Both the position numbers and the translations under genes were made by a program. A DNA stretch of 64,000 nucleotides from Rubrobacteraceae bacterium (GTDB lineage Bacteria; Actinomycetota; Rubrobacteria; Rubrobacterales; Rubrobacteraceae), in contig DATHTK010000023.1 in NCBI GenBank assembly GCA_035463295.1, forward strand, positions 1,563 through 65,562, in the 5' to 3' direction. Of the stretch, positions 62,538 to 64,000 are shown piece by piece; the first letter of the stretch is position 1, and each line of letters starts with the position of its first letter. The notes beneath the pieces are model-generated. The model did not search any database, was not told where the DNA came from, and worked only from the letters and a program-made list of their open reading frames with translations.

Positions 62538-64000
62538 CTAGCGTACACTGCGCGCGGGTTCATCGGACCTCGGGGGAAGCAGTTCGTACAGTCCTGTGTT
62601 CTGGCCTGCCCGGACTACTTCGAAGCCGGCGTTGCGAAACCCGGAGAGGTACGCCTTCTCGGGGTCCAGCACGTAGACGGGACCCGTCTTTGCGGACTCG
62701 CGCGCGGTCGCGACGCCCGTGATGTCGTCCGTTGCGTAACGGGCGGCTGCTTCTGCCGCGTCGATGGAGTCCGGCCAGACTATGTCCTCGTAGCGCACCC
62801 ACGAAGTCTCGAAAGGGTCGATCAGGGTGAGGTCGCGGCGTCTCTCCTCCACCAGAACCATGTACCAGAGCGCGCTGCGGTGGTGGAGCACGGTGGCGCC
62901 CGGCTCGACGTTCTCCGTTACCGCCTCTATCGTGCGGCGGCCCTCGTAGTCTGCGCTACGGTCCTCCTCCGCGTAGGTGCCCCACGCGCCGACCAGCGGC
63001 GCGGCGAGCGCCACCGCGCAGAGCGCGATCAGGAGGACGTGCCTGAGCATGGGGGAGGCCGCCGTCCTTTCCACCCATCGCATCACTGCGGCCAGCCCCG
63101 CGGCCACCAGCAGGCCGAAGACCAGGTAGGCGGGGATCAGGAACAAGAAGTAATCCTCGAAGCCGTAGAGCAGCCCGTGCAGGAGCGAGCCCGCAAAGGG
63201 CACACCCAGCAGCGCTGCTGCCGGCAGGTCCGTGGAGATCAGGCACACAATCCCGATAACCCCGAAAAACAACAGCACCATCGGGAACTGATCGGAGACG
63301 AAGCCCCAGTAGTCTGGCAGCCGGGCGAGCAGGGGATCGAGGACCGATTGCGGCGAGGCTGCAGGCTCGTCAGGACCGGGGGTGACGCCCCCCGCGTCCC
63401 GCAGGTTCTTTAGCAGGAAACTCCCACCCGTGACGAGGAGCAGGAAGCGCCCGAGGGTTGAGGGGTCCGCCTCGTTGAGCGGCGCCTCCATCGCGGCCCG
63501 CAGGGGGAGGTAGAGGTAGGGGGTGAGGCCGACGAGAAAGAGGCCCGCGCCCTTCAGCAACAGCTTTGAGTCAAGCAACCTGCGTCCGTCGGTCAGGATC
63601 ACGAAGACGATCGCGGCCGGCAAGAGCGGCGCGCTCGTGAGGTGGTGGGTGAGCGAGAGGCCCATAAGGAAGGCGGCGAGGAGCAGGTGGCGGTCCCGCC
63701 GGTGCTCCCGCCACAGGAGCAATACAAAGAGAACGAGCGCGATAAAGAGGGCGTTCAGCGTGTAGACCTCGGCGATGGTGGCCTGCGACCAGAACGTCGG
63801 GCTGACGGCGAACCCCAGCGCCCCGGCTGCCGCGGCGTAGACCCTCCGGCTCAGCAGAAGACCGGCGGCGTAGAGCGCTCCCACCGCGGCGGCGGCGTAG
63901 ACGGCGGAGGCGAGGTTCGTCCGGTAGCCGGGGTCGCCGAAGGGCAGGTAGGTGAAGAGGTGCGTCAGCGTCATATAGGTCGGGTAGCCGGTCGGGTGGC
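62538..64000 (-). CDS. DUF2723 / TMEM260-like GT-C membrane protein, 5'-partial (continues past window end)
   Basis: The frame is open to the window edge and reads ...HPTGYPTYMTLTHLFTYLPFGDPGYRTNLASAVYAA, the conserved DUF2723 N-terminal region. Multiple TM segments plus a C-terminal soluble domain. Confidence 0.75.
   Translation of the reverse strand, partial: HPTGYPTYMTLTHLFTYLPFGDPGYRTNLASAVYAAAAVGALYAAGLLLSRRVYAAAAGALGFAVSPTFWSQATIAEVYTLNALFIALVLFVLLLWREHRRDRHLLLAAFLMGLSLTHHLTSAPLLPAAIVFVILTDGRRLLDSKLLLKGAGLFLVGLTPYLYLPLRAAMEAPLNEADPSTLGRFLLLVTGGSFLLKNLRDAGGVTPGPDEPAASPQSVLDPLLARLPDYWGFVSDQFPMVLLFFGVIGIVCLISTDLPAAALLGVPFAGSLLHGLLYGFEDYFLFLIPAYLVFGLLVAAGLAAVMRWVERTAASPMLRHVLLIALCAVALAAPLVGAWGTYAEEDRSADYEGRRTIEAVTENVEPGATVLHHRSALWYMVLVEERRRDLTLIDPFETSWVRYEDIVWPDSIDAAEAAARYATDDITGVATARESAKTGPVYVLDPEKAYLSGFRNAGFEVVRAGQNTGLYELLPPRSDEPARSVR

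Noticed and set aside
1-64000. Window-wide scan by eye for CRISPR arrays, rRNA genes, tRNA genes and long tandem repeats.
   Set aside because: No regularly spaced direct repeats, no tRNA-like cloverleaf candidates in the lower-G+C intergenic regions, and no rRNA-like segments were seen. The only recurrent non-coding element found is the 30-bp promoter/operator pair.

Overview
This is a 64-kb high-G+C chromosomal segment of actinobacterial style. It shows strong GGAGG-type SD sites, many GTG starts and frequent 4-nt stop/start overlaps. A Rubrobacter-like origin is only a guess. I found no rRNA, tRNA or CRISPR array. Content in order: (1) a 5'-partial sensor kinase, an alpha/beta hydrolase and a secreted RTX-repeat protein. 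(2) A visibly lower-G+C decayed island (about 3.1-8.3 kb) with a tyrosine-recombinase remnant, a CPBP-protease remnant, an intact IS110-family transposase and a truncated PIN toxin. (3) A 10-kb six-gene operon with two divergent HyuA/HyuB (ATP-dependent hydantoinase/oxoprolinase/lactamase family) pairs bracketing a class-III aminotransferase and an MFS transporter. (4) SRPBCC, toastrack, TetR, EamA and a non-canonical Nramp-fold transporter. (5) An acid-sugar module: DUF1537 kinase, an internally deleted class-II aldolase remnant, an HIBADH-type dehydrogenase, an SDR, a 933-aa double-module UxaA-like dehydratase, a DHDPS-family lyase and KdgK. (6) A D-amino-acid module (D-aminoacylase, a solute-symporter remnant, a DSD1-type PLP enzyme, RidA). 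(7) Miscellaneous genes: an unknown 404-aa protein, SDR, sugar porter, LLM oxidoreductase, MarR, DsbA, PLD, MBL, DedA and a P-type ATPase. (8) A small lower-G+C islet with a ParB-like protein. (9) A GntR-controlled sugar-acid regulon (ABC importer, SDR, enolase-superfamily dehydratase, an uncharacterised 315-aa protein) with a duplicated 30-bp promoter/operator. (10) Three consecutive very large GT-C-type membrane proteins, the last being DUF2723/TMEM260-like and running off the window. A recurring theme is short gene remnants lying directly upstream of intact genes. The candidates I rate most interesting are the dual-HyuAB/aminotransferase operon, the complementary-degenerate double UxaA fusion, the uncharacterised gene coupled to the enolase dehydratase, and the GT-C trio. 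All functional calls rest on motif recognition by eye; no database search was run.
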